NCBI GenBank assembly: GCA_051362555.1
Contig: CM120649.1
Coordinates: forward strand, 8,556,001-8,620,000
Length of the DNA: 64,000 nucleotides
Direction: 5' to 3'
Source: Lingula anatina
Taxonomy: Eukaryota > Animalia > Brachiopoda
In this document: positions 62,883-64,000 of the stretch, piece by piece
Layout of the letters: each line of letters starts with the position of its first letter
How positions within the stretch are numbered: the stretch's first letter is position 1
Made by a program: the position numbers and the translations under genes
The notes under the pieces: model-generated
Seen by the model: only the letters and a program-made list of their open reading frames with translations
Databases searched by the model: none
What the model was told of the DNA's origin: nothing

Positions 62883-64000
62883 ATGAGTTGCAGAAGATAC
62901 AGGCATATTTAATTATGTCAATAACAATACCTTACGAAATTAAATGAAGGTGTAGATTGACACTTTAAATGGAATTGGTGACGGTAACTCATTCAAAATA
63001 CAGAACATGCCAGTATCAGTACTTGCACAAAAGTTTGAAAGCATCACAGAAGGATTATTGGTGAGGGGAGAGGGGGGGAGATTAGGGCCATCCGAGCAAA
63101 TTTACGTCTTAGAAGAACGCGAGCTTCAATGGAATAATTCTCGCCTGCAACGCGGACAGTCCGTGTTTGATTCCCAACAGATGCAAAATCTGTTAAACCG
63201 ACAACTATTTGGAAAAAACGATATGCATTAATCCTGTCTTTGGAAACGTATTCTTTGCACAAGGGAGTTTCCTGGGTAGAATACTTTATGGTACAGCAAC
63301 CATGGATATGTTTCTAAATGAATTACTGGGTGGCAGGCTTTGTCAGTGATACGCTTTTATAACTGTTCTCTAATAACTATAGAAACTTTTGTTGTTTGTT
63401 CTAAAAACTGCTTGCAAAAAAGAAGAACCCGAAACAGACCTCTTTTAAGGTGTTTTACTTCGATCAAGTGTAGTATAGTTGTTCTCAAAAATGGCACATG
63501 TTTGGCGCCAAAATAAATCATAGTTAGCATGTGGCCCACCCTAAATGTATGACTCAATTTTTGGAGCCCACCCCTAGCCTTTTAGTAGACAAAAAGAATG
63601 TAACTCACACCTACTGTTTCCGCCCCCCCTTCCCGGGTACTTTATTATTATTCCCTCAATAAAAATATATAGCAATCGCTTTTTATAAGTACCTCAGTAT
63701 TAGGAATCGATAATTCATAAAAAGGTAAATGGATACAGAATACATATATAAATAATCTTACAGTGTGTAGAGGGTACACGTTGTCTGCTCACTGGATAGG
63801 ACATACATGTGGAACACATTGGAGTAGATAGAGGGAGGGGGGCGTACTCTCAGGCCCTACTGGCTGTTACTAAATTCATCCCAGGAACGAATCGAGCAAT
63901 GGTTTGCAATAAGAAAAATATTCTCCAGGAAAATTTAATTTGGTAGCTCCAATTATATTTTACCGATAAAAATATTATCGAATGATTTAATATCAAAATA

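Overview
AT-rich eukaryotic (invertebrate, probably molluscan/lophotrochozoan; inferred from the repeat families) genomic DNA with spliced genes and many repeats. It holds three host genes: (1) the 3' exons of an unrecognised helical protein at ~3.5-4.9 kb (+); (2) an intact two-exon copper/topaquinone amine oxidase (8425-10889, +, 744 aa); (3) a 9-exon minus-strand gene (27845-24547, 242 aa) that the ORF track largely misses, encoding an N-terminal CBM20 glycogen/starch-binding domain, a run of duplicated phase-1 microexons and a basic amphipathic tail. About 20 kb (31.2-51.7 kb) is a hierarchical satellite (193 bp > ~1150 bp > ~4.6 kb) carrying an exon-like insert. A Helentron-type (HINE) element and a 3.7-kb long-TIR Academ-like element have inserted into this array. 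The rest contains decayed MULE, Tc1, Ulp1-PHD and LINE remnants, several MITE families with clear TSDs, minisatellites and three adjacent tRNA-like modules. All gene models and family assignments were made by eye, without database searches.
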